Source: an uncultured Candidatus Binatia bacterium
GTDB taxonomy: Bacteria > Desulfobacterota > Binatia > UBA9968 > JAJDTQ01
Direction of reading: 5' to 3'
DNA: 64,000 nucleotides
Assembly: GCA_964291295.2 (NCBI GenBank)
Contig: OZ219754.1
Coordinates: 1,536,001-1,600,000 of the forward strand
Shown in pieces: positions 19,238 through 28,632 of this stretch. A program made the translations under genes and the position numbers. Under the pieces are notes generated by a model. It was not told the DNA's origin, made no database searches, and worked only from the letters and a program-made list of their open reading frames with translations. Numbering within the stretch: position 1 is the stretch's first letter; the number at the start of each line of letters is the position of its first letter.

Positions 19238-21064
19238 ATGAAAAGGACGAGGATACTGATGTACAGGAATCCGGCGACGAGCTTGTGCGCGGTGGTGCTG
19301 GCCGTCGGGCTTGCGGCATGCGGCGGCAGCAGCAACAACAACCGGACCCCGGAGACTACCCCCCCCCCCCCCCCCCCCCCGCTGACGGAAGTTGAGACGA
19401 TTCTGAAGGAGGCTCGGACGGCGGCCATGACGGCATCCGGCAAGGCCATGACGGCGTCCGACAACGCCGGGACGTCGGCCGATGAGGCGGAAACGGCGAC
19501 CATGGGTCTCATGTTCCTCCATACTCCCAAGGGCGCCATGACGGCGAAGAGCTACGCAGATGCGGCCCGGACGGCGGCGAACATGGCGAAGGCGGAGTAC
19601 GACAAGGCCAAGATGGAGTCGGACAAGGCCGCGGCGACGGATGACGTGCGTGCGGCGACCAAGGCCAAAGTCGCAGCCGAGGCCGCGCAGGCGCAGGCCG
19701 AGGCTCAGGCGGCGACGGCAGCGGAAAAGGCGAAGATGGCCACGGAAGCCGCAGCCAGGGAGGTCCGGCACGTTGAGGGGATGACCTACGAGTACGGCGG
19801 CACGCGCATCACCGCAGGTGCCCCCAAGGTCACGGTCAAGACCGGCGGCAAGACGGTGGAGAGCGGCAAGGCCGGCGACCTCACGGACGACTCAACTCGT
19901 CACTCAAAGGACCCCGTCGCCTATGTGGCGGCAACCGAGAACAAGCCGGAGGTGGCTGCCCGGACGGGATTCTATGGACGCCTAATCACGATCGGTTCCT
20001 ACACCGACTCGGAGCAGATCGGTTCCGGCATCGACTCGGAGGAGCTGGGTTCCATCACCGAATCGGAGCAGTTCCGTCTCTGGCTGGTCCACAAGTATGT
20101 CACCAACACCAAGGCGGTGAAGGCCTACCGCAAGGACAGCGGCACGAACGGTGCCGAGTTCACGGCCCCGGTCACGGCAGAAAACCCGTTCGGCTCGCGC
20201 ACCGTTGACAGCAAGACCTACAAGATCATGCGGGCGGAGGGCGAGTTCTATCGTGTCGACACCGATGAGCACACGAAATTCGACAAGACGAATGCCAATG
20301 ACTGGATCAATGTGACGCACACGGACGCGAATGCGGGCGTGGGAGTCTACTATTACACGGATAGCAGCGGGAAAAAGGTCTATCTTCTGAGCACCGGAGC
20401 CGATGGTGCCACGGGACTCAAGTACCGCCCGTTGCTCGTCTACGATGTGCCGGATTTCCCGGAGGCGAAACCCTACGAGCACGTCAACTTCGGCATGTGG
20501 AACAAGAGGTCAAACCGGACCCACCTTGGCATCACATTCGTCCGGGCGCTGCCGGGCAAGGGGCCGACCCCGACTGCCAACATGCCAAGCTTCGGCACCG
20601 CCACCTACGAGGGCCATGCAGTTTTGCAACGCCGCGGTCCGAACAACGCTCCAACCGTCGGCGGTCGGGATGGACCCGCAACCACAACGGTGGATTTCGG
20701 GGAAAGCACCATCAAGACGGAAATTCGCATAGTGGCTTTCTTTCCGAATCCTGCCAAAGATAGCCACGGACATCTCTTGCATTTTGCCACACTCCACGGA
20801 ACCATCGACGGCAACCGGTTCTCGGGCAGTAAAGTGACCAATGTCAACACCACAACAACCGGTGCCGGCGGATTCACCCCCGCCCAACTTCGTGACATTG
20901 TGAACTTGGCCATGAGCGAAGACGGCAGCCTGTACGAGTTGAGGGAGTACAGCGGGCATTTCTTCGGACCGAACGGTGAAGAGGTGGGCGGCGTGTTCGA
21001 GGTGACGTCCAAGGACAAGAAGAGCGGCGAGTTTCGCGGCTCCTTCGGCGGCCGCAGGGAGTAA
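19238..21064 (+). CDS. Surface lipoprotein, copy 4 (most divergent; poly-C tract)
   Basis: Lipobox GLAAC, poly-Pro linker, GHFFGPNGEEVGGVF...GSFGGRRE. Confidence 0.8.
   Translation: MKRTRILMYRNPATSLCAVVLAVGLAACGGSSNNNRTPETTPPPPPPPLTEVETILKEARTAAMTASGKAMTASDNAGTSADEAETATMGLMFLHTPKGAMTAKSYADAARTAANMAKAEYDKAKMESDKAAATDDVRAATKAKVAAEAAQAQAEAQAATAAEKAKMATEAAAREVRHVEGMTYEYGGTRITAGAPKVTVKTGGKTVESGKAGDLTDDSTRHSKDPVAYVAATENKPEVAARTGFYGRLITIGSYTDSEQIGSGIDSEELGSITESEQFRLWLVHKYVTNTKAVKAYRKDSGTNGAEFTAPVTAENPFGSRTVDSKTYKIMRAEGEFYRVDTDEHTKFDKTNANDWINVTHTDANAGVGVYYYTDSSGKKVYLLSTGADGATGLKYRPLLVYDVPDFPEAKPYEHVNFGMWNKRSNRTHLGITFVRALPGKGPTPTANMPSFGTATYEGHAVLQRRGPNNAPTVGGRDGPATTTVDFGESTIKTEIRIVAFFPNPAKDSHGHLLHFATLHGTIDGNRFSGSKVTNVNTTTTGAGGFTPAQLRDIVNLAMSEDGSLYELREYSGHFFGPNGEEVGGVFEVTSKDKKSGEFRGSFGGRRE
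19359..19380 (+). repeat. C22 homopolymer inside copy 4, currently in frame
   Basis: ACC CCC x6 CCG encodes T-P7. Confidence 0.9.
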
Positions 21065-21098
21065 CGGGCCGCCGTCACCGGCGGTGATTCACGCAGCA

Positions 21099-21140
21099 GG
21101 GCGCCCGATCCATCTACGGATCGGGCGCCCCTTCTTTTTT
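21099..21140 (+). terminator. Rho-independent terminator closing the lipoprotein array
   Basis: 13-bp perfect stem GGGCGCCCGATCC-ATCTAC-GGATCGGGCGCCC followed by CTTCTTTTTT. Confidence 0.9.
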
Positions 21141-21271
21141 CGACGAATGTCAAGCGGAATGACCGCCGGATCAGGCTTGACCGGTCTCCGGGGATGTTCT
21201 AAAAGTGCTACTTTCCCAAGTCGCGGACCGAGAGGAACGACCCAAGAGGAAAGAGCCGAGAGGAACGAGGT

Positions 21272-22600
21272 ATGACGGCAGACACCTTGACCGTGACCGA
21301 CAATCGGACGGGGACATCCTACGAGATCCCCATCGAGAACGGCGCCATCAATGCTTCCCATCTTCGCCAGATCAAGTCTTCGGAGGGTGATTTCGGCCTG
21401 ATGAGCTACGACCCGGGCTTTCTGAACACGGCCTCATGCCACAGCCGCATCACGTTCATCGACGGTGATCTGGGTATCCTGCGCTATCGCGGATACCCCA
21501 TCGAGCAGTTGGCGGAGGAAAGCTCCTATCTGGAGACCACCTATCTGATCTTCCACGGCGAGTTGCCCACCGCCGCCGGCCTGGAAGACTGGAGCTGGAA
21601 CATCAACCATCACACGCTGCTCCACGAGAACGTCAAGAAGTTCATCGACGGTTTCAAGTACGACGCCCACCCCATGGGCACGCTGATAAGCGCCATCGCG
21701 GCGCTGTCGACCTTCTATCCCGACGCCAAGGATATCTCCGACCCCGAGTCACGGCACCGGCAGGTCCATCGGCTGATGGGCAAGATCCCCACCCTGGCGG
21801 CCTTCGTGTATCGCCACCGCATGGGGCTCCCCTATGCCTATCCGGACAACGACCTCAGCTACACCGGCAATTTCCTCAACATGCTTTACAAGATGACGGA
21901 GCTCAAGTACGCGCCGGACCCGGTGCTGGAGAAGGCTCTGGATGTGCTCTTCATCCTGCACGCGGACCACGAGCAGAACTGCAGCACCAACGCCATGCGC
22001 AGCGTCGGCAGCTCCCAGACCGACCCCTACTCGGCCTTGGCCGGCGCCGCCGCGGCGCTTTACGGACCGCTCCACGGCGGCGCCAACGAGATGGTGCTGC
22101 GCATGCTGGAGGAGATCGGCTCGAAGGACAAGGTGCCGGCGTTCATCAAGGGAGTGAAGGCCGGCGAAGGGCGCCTCATGGGCTTCGGGCATCGTGTCTA
22201 CAAGAACTATGACCCCCGCGCCAAGGTCATCAAGCGGGTGGCGGACCAGGTGTTCGAGGTGACCGGGCGCAATCCGTTGCTGGACATCGCCCTGGAACTG
22301 GAGCGCATCGCCCTGGAAGATGACTACTTCGTTCAGCGCAAGCTCTATCCCAACGTCGACTTCTACTCCGGACTCATCTACCAGTCCATGGGACTGCCCG
22401 TGAGCATGTTCCCGGTGCTGTTCGCCATCGCCCGGACTTCGGGCTGGCTTGCCCAGTGGATCGAGATGCTGGAGGACCCCGAGCAGAAGCTGGCACGCCC
22501 GCGGCAGCTTTATCTCGGCCCGGAGGTCCGCGATTACGTGCCCATGAACCGCCGGCAGGCGGCCCAGGCGCCCCCGACACCGGCCATCCCGCGCGCGTGA
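21272..22600 (+). CDS. gltA: Citrate synthase
   Basis: YDPGFLNTASC, ILHADHEQN, GPLHGGAN, LMGFGHRVYK, YPNVDFYSG. Confidence 0.97.
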   Translation: MTADTLTVTDNRTGTSYEIPIENGAINASHLRQIKSSEGDFGLMSYDPGFLNTASCHSRITFIDGDLGILRYRGYPIEQLAEESSYLETTYLIFHGELPTAAGLEDWSWNINHHTLLHENVKKFIDGFKYDAHPMGTLISAIAALSTFYPDAKDISDPESRHRQVHRLMGKIPTLAAFVYRHRMGLPYAYPDNDLSYTGNFLNMLYKMTELKYAPDPVLEKALDVLFILHADHEQNCSTNAMRSVGSSQTDPYSALAGAAAALYGPLHGGANEMVLRMLEEIGSKDKVPAFIKGVKAGEGRLMGFGHRVYKNYDPRAKVIKRVADQVFEVTGRNPLLDIALELERIALEDDYFVQRKLYPNVDFYSGLIYQSMGLPVSMFPVLFAIARTSGWLAQWIEMLEDPEQKLARPRQLYLGPEVRDYVPMNRRQAAQAPPTPAIPRA

Positions 22601-22607
22601 ACTCCCC

Positions 22608-23489
22608 ATGACCACCCGCTGCGTGACCCTGGGTCTGATCCAGTCCAGGGCGGGGCCGGATCCGCACCGCAATCTCGCCGCCGCCGCACGGCGCATCCGG
22701 CTTGCCGCAGGGGAGGGCGCCAGGATCGTGTGCGTCCAGGAATTGTTTCGCTCGCGCTATTTCCCGCAGGCTGAGGAGACGGCGGCCTTTTCCCTGGCGG
22801 AGTCCATTCCCGGCCCTACCACCGACTGTTTCCGTCCTCTGGCCCGGGAGCTGGAAGTGGTGGTCGTGGCCTCGGTGTTCGAGGCCCGGGCGCCCGGCGT
22901 CTACCACAACACCGCGGTGGTCATCGATGCGGACGGAGCAATCCTGGGCAAGTATCGCAAGATGCATATCCCGGACGATCCGGGCTTCTACGAGAAGTTC
23001 TATTTCACCCCTGGCGATCTGGGGTTCCGCACGTTCAAGACCCGTTACGCGCAGGTGGGCGTCCTGATCTGCTGGGATCAGTGGTTTCCGGAGGCGGCGC
23101 GGCTGGCGGCGCTGGCCGGGGCGGAGATACTGTTCTGCCCCACCGCGGTGGGCTGGGGTGCCGGAGAGACCCGGGCCGCGCGCCAGGCCCAGCTCGAAGC
23201 CTGGGAACTCGTGCAGCGATCCCACGCCGTGACCAACGGTGTCTACGTGGCCGCCGTCAACCGGGTGGGGCGTGAGGAGAAGATCACCTTCTGGGGCGCT
23301 TCCTTTGCCGCGGACCCTGCCGGCCGCGTGCTGGCGCGTGCCGCAAGGAACCGGCCGGAGACCCTGCGGGTAGACTGCGACCTCGGGGCGATCGCGGAGG
23401 CCCGCCACAACTGGCCCTTCCTGCGGGACCGGCGCATCGATGCCTACGGCGGCCTTACCGGCCACGGCACCGATGGTCCGGCGGGCTGA
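22608..23489 (+). CDS. aguB: Carbon-nitrogen hydrolase, N-carbamoylputrescine amidase
   Basis: QELF, YRKMHIPDDPGFYEKFYF, LICWDQWFPE; adjacent to agmatine deiminase. Confidence 0.85.
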   Translation: MTTRCVTLGLIQSRAGPDPHRNLAAAARRIRLAAGEGARIVCVQELFRSRYFPQAEETAAFSLAESIPGPTTDCFRPLARELEVVVVASVFEARAPGVYHNTAVVIDADGAILGKYRKMHIPDDPGFYEKFYFTPGDLGFRTFKTRYAQVGVLICWDQWFPEAARLAALAGAEILFCPTAVGWGAGETRAARQAQLEAWELVQRSHAVTNGVYVAAVNRVGREEKITFWGASFAADPAGRVLARAARNRPETLRVDCDLGAIAEARHNWPFLRDRRIDAYGGLTGHGTDGPAG

Positions 23490-23492
23490 AAC

Positions 23493-24605
23493 ATGCCGCG
23501 GTCCGGGGGCGGTGAAGCGGGCCGGGCCGCCGGCACGGGCGGGGCCGGGGACGCCGCCGGACCGGCGGCCGCCCGGCGCGCGGGCTGCCGGATGCCCGCG
23601 GAATGGGAGCCCCACGCCTCCACCTGGCTCGCATGGCCGCACAATCCGGACACTTGGCCGGAGGACTTGGCGCGGGTGCGCCGGACCTGGGTGGAGATGA
23701 TCCGGGCGCTGGCGGGCGGCGAAAGGGTGGACCTGCTGGTCAACGACGCCGGCGCCGAGGTCGAGGCCGCGGCGGAACTGCGCCGGGGCGGCGTGGATAC
23801 CGACCGCGTGGCGTTTCACCGCATCCCGACCGTGGACGTGTGGATCCGCGACTACGGGCCGACCTTCATCACCCGCGCCGGGTCGCTGGCCCTGGTCAAC
23901 TGGCACTTCAATGCATGGGGGATGAAGTACCCGGAGTACGCGGCCGACGACGTCGTGCCGCTGCGCATCAATGAATCCCTGGGCCTGCCCGGATTAACCC
24001 CCGGAATCGTGTTGGAGGGGGGCTCCATCGAGGTCAACGGCGCCGGTCTCTGTCTGGCAACCGAGTCGTGCCTGCTCAATCCCAACCGCAACCGGGGTTG
24101 TGGCCGGGAGGAGATCGAGGCGCGGCTGCGGGCTGCGCTGGGGGTACGGCGCATCCTGTGGCTGCCCGCCGGCATGGCGGGTGACGACACCGACGGCCAC
24201 ATCGACAATCTTGCCCGTTTCGTGGATGCCGCCACGGTGGTGTGCGTGGTGGAGCAGGATCCGCGGGACGTGAACTACCGCGCGCTCCAGGAGAACCGCC
24301 GCTGTCTCGGGTTGGCCACGGACGCCCGCGGCCGCCGGCTGCGGGTCGTGCCGTTGCCGCAACCCGGCCCGGTGACCGCCGGCGGGTTGCGGCTGCCGGC
24401 CAGCTATGCGAACTTCTTCATCGCCAACGGCGTCGTGCTGGTGCCCCTCTTCGGCGGTCCGGAGGACGGCGCGGCCCTGGAGACGCTGGCCGGGCTGTTC
24501 CCGGGCCGGCGGGTGGCCGGCATCGACGCGCGGGCGCTGATCCTTGGCCGGGGCGGCATCCACTGCGTCACCCAGCAGCAGCCCGTGACCGGCTGCGGGC
24601 CGTGA
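23493..24605 (+). CDS. aguA: Agmatine deiminase (start may be the ATG at 23592)
   Basis: MPAEWEPH, WIRDYGP, LEGGSI, DDTDGHID, ASYANF, GGIHCVTQQ. Confidence 0.93.
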   Translation: MPRSGGGEAGRAAGTGGAGDAAGPAAARRAGCRMPAEWEPHASTWLAWPHNPDTWPEDLARVRRTWVEMIRALAGGERVDLLVNDAGAEVEAAAELRRGGVDTDRVAFHRIPTVDVWIRDYGPTFITRAGSLALVNWHFNAWGMKYPEYAADDVVPLRINESLGLPGLTPGIVLEGGSIEVNGAGLCLATESCLLNPNRNRGCGREEIEARLRAALGVRRILWLPAGMAGDDTDGHIDNLARFVDAATVVCVVEQDPRDVNYRALQENRRCLGLATDARGRRLRVVPLPQPGPVTAGGLRLPASYANFFIANGVVLVPLFGGPEDGAALETLAGLFPGRRVAGIDARALILGRGGIHCVTQQQPVTGCGP

Positions 24606-24648
24606 CCCGCGGCAGCCCCCTTGACTTGACGGTCGGCCCGGTGTGATC

Positions 24649-24897
24649 TCACCAGATCATGCGCTGGACCCGGTAGTGGGCCTGAACGTATTCCTTGGCC
24701 GCGGTTTCGGCCGCCTCGGCCGTTTCGCCCTGGAAACGGAGCGGCATGCCCGAATGGGCCAGTACGAGGCAGGCATCGGCCAGCACGCCGCCGCCGATGA
24801 GGATCGGGTAGGCGGACCAGGAGCCGCCGTTTTCCACCGACCGGATCTCGACCCGGACAACGCCGTCGATGGAAGGGACGTGGATGTCGAATCTCAT
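24649..24897 (-). CDS. Small hypothetical protein (82 aa)
   Basis: Protein-like composition; fills the intergenic gap. Confidence 0.55.
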   Translation of the reverse strand: MRFDIHVPSIDGVVRVEIRSVENGGSWSAYPILIGGGVLADACLVLAHSGMPLRFQGETAEAAETAAKEYVQAHYRVQRMIW

Positions 24898-24980
24898 GCG
24901 GCACGAGTCTGACGTCTGGACGAAGTCAAGTCAAGGCGGCCGAGGACCGTGTGACGCAACGTGAATGAAAGGCGGGCACC

Positions 24981-25361
24981 GTGCCGACGCAACCCGGCAG
25001 ACAGATAGAGACCATTCCCAATCCGCGCCAGGACCGGGACTACGAGGTGGCCATGGAGTGTCCGGAGTTCACCTGCGTGTGCCCCAGAACCGGACAACCG
25101 GACTTCGCCACCATCCGCATCCGTTACGTGCCTGGTCCGCGCTGCATCGAACTGCTGTCGCTCAAGCTCTATCTCTGGTCGTTTCGTGAGGAGGGCGTCT
25201 TTCACGAGGATGTGGTCAACCGGATCCTGGACGATCTGGTGGCGGCCTGTGCGCCCAGATACATGAGCGTCACCGGCGACTTCAATGTCCGGGGCGGTAT
25301 CCATACGGTGGTGACCGCGGACCACGGAAGGGCGCCGGGGACTCCAACCGGGAGTCCGTGA
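24981..25361 (+). CDS. queF: NADPH-dependent preQ0 reductase (unimodular QueF)
   Basis: [40 protein letters not shown]. Confidence 0.93.
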   Translation: MPTQPGRQIETIPNPRQDRDYEVAMECPEFTCVCPRTGQPDFATIRIRYVPGPRCIELLSLKLYLWSFREEGVFHEDVVNRILDDLVAACAPRYMSVTGDFNVRGGIHTVVTADHGRAPGTPTGSP

Positions 25362-26734
25362 CCATGGCGGACGTGACCGAAGGTCTTCACAGGCTCCCGC
25401 CGCAGAATCTGGAGGCGGAGGCATCGATTCTCGGCGGCGTACTGCTGGACAACGAGGCCATCAACACGGTCGTCGAGCTGGTCGGTTCCGACGACCTCTA
25501 CCGGGAGTCGCACCGCAAGATCTATCGCGCCATGGTGGAGCTCTGGGACCGCAACGAGCCGGTGGACCTGATCACCCTGAGCGACCACCTGAAGGCCCGG
25601 GGCGAGCTGGAAGGGGTGGGCGGGTCCGCCTATCTCGCGGAGTTGGCGGGCCAGGTGCCCACCGCCGCCAACATCGCCTGGTACGCGCGGATCGTGAGGG
25701 AGAAGGCCATTCTCCGGCACCTGATCCGCACCTCCACCGATATCGCCACCCGCGGCCTGGAAGATCGAGGCGATGTCGACAGCTTCCTCGACGACGCCGA
25801 GCGGGCCATCTTCGACATCTCGGAAAAGCGCATCCGCTCGTCCTTCGTTCGGGTCGGCGACGTCATGAAGGGCACCATCGAGAAGGTCAACGAACTCTTC
25901 CAGCGCAAGGAGATGATCACCGGTGTGGCCACCGGTTATCGCGACCTCGACCGGCTGACCGCGGGGTTCCAGCCGTCGGACCTGCTCATCGTGGCCGGCC
26001 GCCCGGGTATGGGAAAGACCGCGTTCGCACTCAACATCGCGGTGAATGCGGCGCTGCACGGCATCGGCGTGGCGATCTTCTCCCTGGAGATGGCGATGGA
26101 ACAGCTGGTCCTTCGGATGCTCTGCGCGGAGGCGCGCGTGGACAACGCCAGGCTGCGGACCGGTTATCTCAGGGATGCCGAGTTTCCCGCGCTGGTGAGG
26201 GCCGCCGGGCGGCTGGCGGACGCGCCGGTCTACATCGACGACACGCCCGCGGCGACGGTGCTGGAGGTGCGCGCCAAGACCCGGCGGCTGCTGCGCGACC
26301 GCAGCCGCCGCATCGGCCTGGTGGTCATCGACTACCTTCAGCTCATGCGCGCCCACCGCGACTCGCCCAACCGGGAGCAGGAAATCTCGGAGATCTCCCG
26401 CTCCCTCAAGGCCTTGGCCAAGGAGTTGAACGTCCCCGTCGTGGCCCTTTCGCAGCTCAACCGGCGGGTGGAGGAACGGGGCGACAAGCGGCCGGTGATG
26501 GCCGACCTGCGGGAGTCCGGCGCCATCGAGCAGGACGCCGACGTGATCATGTTCGTCTTCCGGGAAGAAGCCTACGACGCCGCCAAGAATCCGGGTGTCG
26601 CCGAGATCATCATCGCCAAGCAGCGCAACGGTCCGGTGGATACCCTCAAGCTCGCTTTCCTGAAGGAGTACACCAAGTTCGAGGACTACTCCGGACGTGA
26701 CGACGAAGGCTACTCGGACGCCGGGCAATTCTAG
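25358..26734 (+). CDS. dnaB: Replicative DNA helicase
   Basis: [53 protein letters not shown]. Confidence 0.98.
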   Translation: MTMADVTEGLHRLPPQNLEAEASILGGVLLDNEAINTVVELVGSDDLYRESHRKIYRAMVELWDRNEPVDLITLSDHLKARGELEGVGGSAYLAELAGQVPTAANIAWYARIVREKAILRHLIRTSTDIATRGLEDRGDVDSFLDDAERAIFDISEKRIRSSFVRVGDVMKGTIEKVNELFQRKEMITGVATGYRDLDRLTAGFQPSDLLIVAGRPGMGKTAFALNIAVNAALHGIGVAIFSLEMAMEQLVLRMLCAEARVDNARLRTGYLRDAEFPALVRAAGRLADAPVYIDDTPAATVLEVRAKTRRLLRDRSRRIGLVVIDYLQLMRAHRDSPNREQEISEISRSLKALAKELNVPVVALSQLNRRVEERGDKRPVMADLRESGAIEQDADVIMFVFREEAYDAAKNPGVAEIIIAKQRNGPVDTLKLAFLKEYTKFEDYSGRDDEGYSDAGQF

Positions 26735-27482
26735 CCCAAGTTTACCACCCTCTACAATATCTTGTTATATATCAGACGGTTACGATAGGCAGAAGCGGCG
26801 AGTGGCACTGCAAGCGGGTGTTTGAAGGTCTGCGACACGAGGTTTTTGCGGGTTCGTCCGGGAGCGGGATCAATGCCACGGGCTTTGTAGATGGCCTGCT
26901 GGGTTGGTCCGGCGCGGGTCGCCTTGCGCACGTGGAGCATGACGGTGGGTTCAATTTCGAACAGGTCCATGGCCCGGTCGAACAGATGCGGCTTGATGAC
27001 GTCGCGGTGGGCCATCAGGGCATCGGAGGCGCGATACAGCCGCATGGGTCCCATGGTGGCGAACTCCCACCCCGAGCAGTTCGCCCAAGGCGATGCGTTC
27101 GCCAAGCCAGCGCCGGGTGGCGCGCTCTGTGCCATGCGCGCGATGATTGTGCCGATGGCGACAGCGCGAATCGACGCGCCGAGGCCGAGTTGGTCGAGCA
27201 GGGTGCGCAGGCCGAGTTGGTCCATGGCCCACGTGCTCGATGCCCACCGAGCGTGGCCGAACCAACTCCAGGGAGTCGACATCCACGCTCTGGAGGTCGC
27301 CCCCTGGATTGCGGCTCAGCCGCGGTGTCGACGCGCTCCCGGGCGAGGAGTTGGGAGGTGATGCGTTGGGCGTGGGTTTCGAGTGCTGGGGGACAGCCAG
27401 AGGACAGAGGGAGTTGGCCGGCAAGCACGGCAAAATTCGCGCTGATTCCTGCCCTCCCCCGACTCCGGGTGGTAAAGTTGGG
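26735..27482 (-). mobile_element. Internally deleted IS1634-family element (748 bp) with both ends retained
   Basis: TIRs CCCAAGTTTACCACCC (26735-26750) and GGGTGGTAAAGTTGGG (27467-27482) match at 15/16. Fragments IIARMA, LYRASDALMAHR and HVRKATRA..QQAIY.A.GI.P.PG resemble IS1634 transposase. Confidence 0.75.
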
Positions 27483-27638
27483 GTGACGGTGAGAATCCAG
27501 GAACACATGCTCAAGCAGATCGACGCGTCTCTCGATCAGGAGGACGTGCCGGTCTCACGCAACCACTGGATCATTGAGGCGTTTGTGGAGAACCTCAGAC
27601 GAACCGACGCCGGAGGTGGATCAAATGGCGCGCGGTGA
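27483..27638 (+). CDS. Ribbon-helix-helix (CopG-like) small protein, N-terminus probably cut by the IS
   Basis: VTVRIQEHMLKQID......VSRNHWIIEA pattern; overlaps the ATPase start. Confidence 0.55.
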   Translation: MTVRIQEHMLKQIDASLDQEDVPVSRNHWIIEAFVENLRRTDAGGGSNGAR

Positions 27639-28632
27639 TCTTCTGATAAATCTTGTGAGAGCAAGCGTAGCCGGTGAAAAGAACGCTGTGCGTTCTGCGG
27701 TCGAGACAATAATCGCTGAAGAAAAGAACAAACAACACACGGTTCTGGCGGACCGACTCACCCGAGCGATGCAGGCCAGCGGGAACGGCATGAACAAGCA
27801 CCCTTCGGTTTCGGAGAATGCGCACAAGGGACGGGAGTTCATTGCCGAGATCAGGCCCAGGCGAGAACTGGACGATATGGTTCTGTCCGAATCATGCCGC
27901 GCGGCTGTAGGCCAACTGATAGAGGAACAACAGCGGTCCAGCCTGCTACGCGCACACGGTCTTGACCCGCGGCACCGCCTTCTTCTTGTCGGGCCGCCAG
28001 GCAACGGCAAGACCTCGCTGGCCGAAGCAATCGCCGAATCACTGGCAGTGCCGTTCTTCGTGGTCCGCTACGAGGTCATGATTGGCAGTTATCTTGGTGA
28101 AACAGCCAGCCGCCTGAAACGTGTTTTCGACTATGTGCGGACAACGCCGTGTGTACTGTTTTTCGATGAATTCGACGCCGTCGGCAAAGAACGTGGTGAT
28201 ATCCATGAAACCGGGGAAATCAAACGTGTCGTCACATCGCTGTTGATGCACGTCGATGAACTGCCGGGCTATGCGGTCGTCATCGCCGCCACGAACCATT
28301 CCGAACTTCTGGACCGTGCGGTTTGGCGTCGGTTCCAGATTCGTCTGGGGTTGCCCGCGCCGGGTGAAAAGGAATTGACGGAGTATCTCGAAAGGTTTTT
28401 GGCATCGTTCGACCCGCGTCCCGGCATTACGGCTCCCTCCATCGCGAAACGTCTTGGCGCAATCAGCTATGCCGAGGCGGAGGAATTCACACTCGACGTG
28501 CGCCGCCGCGACGTGATGACGAGGAAGGAACGACCCCTGAAGAAAACCATCGAGGAACAACTGAAGCTCTGGCAAGAGCGTGTCCAGCCAATCCGTTCGG
28601 ACGACGCGGAGCAAGGGTTGTCCGATGGCTGA
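27625..28632 (+). CDS. AAA+ ATPase (IetA-like)
   Basis: Walker A GPPGNGKT, Walker B LFFDEFD, ETGEIKRVV, AATNH..LLD.AVWRRF. Confidence 0.9.
   Translation: MARGDLLINLVRASVAGEKNAVRSAVETIIAEEKNKQHTVLADRLTRAMQASGNGMNKHPSVSENAHKGREFIAEIRPRRELDDMVLSESCRAAVGQLIEEQQRSSLLRAHGLDPRHRLLLVGPPGNGKTSLAEAIAESLAVPFFVVRYEVMIGSYLGETASRLKRVFDYVRTTPCVLFFDEFDAVGKERGDIHETGEIKRVVTSLLMHVDELPGYAVVIAATNHSELLDRAVWRRFQIRLGLPAPGEKELTEYLERFLASFDPRPGITAPSIAKRLGAISYAEAEEFTLDVRRRDVMTRKERPLKKTIEEQLKLWQERVQPIRSDDAEQGLSDG

Larger units (their letters stand above)
13409..21130 (+). repeat. Tandem array of four ~1.92-kb units with three 118-bp conserved spacers (15290-15407, 17208-17325, 19120-19237)
   Basis: Start-to-start periods are 1927, 1918 and 1912 bp. 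The leader GAGGGAAGTT..C...GGCCGCTTTTGAAGG...AGATCGGTAATGAAAAGG precedes every copy. Confidence 0.95.

Noticed and set aside
13481-21064. Diversity-generating retroelement acting on the lipoprotein array
   Set aside because: Some variable codons fit adenine-directed mutagenesis, but there is no reverse transcriptase or template repeat in the window. Variation spans more than 1 kb and includes indels. A distant DGR cannot be fully excluded.
24898-24980. preQ1 riboswitch upstream of queF
   Set aside because: No AGAGGTTCTAG-like core or A-rich 3' tail is visible.
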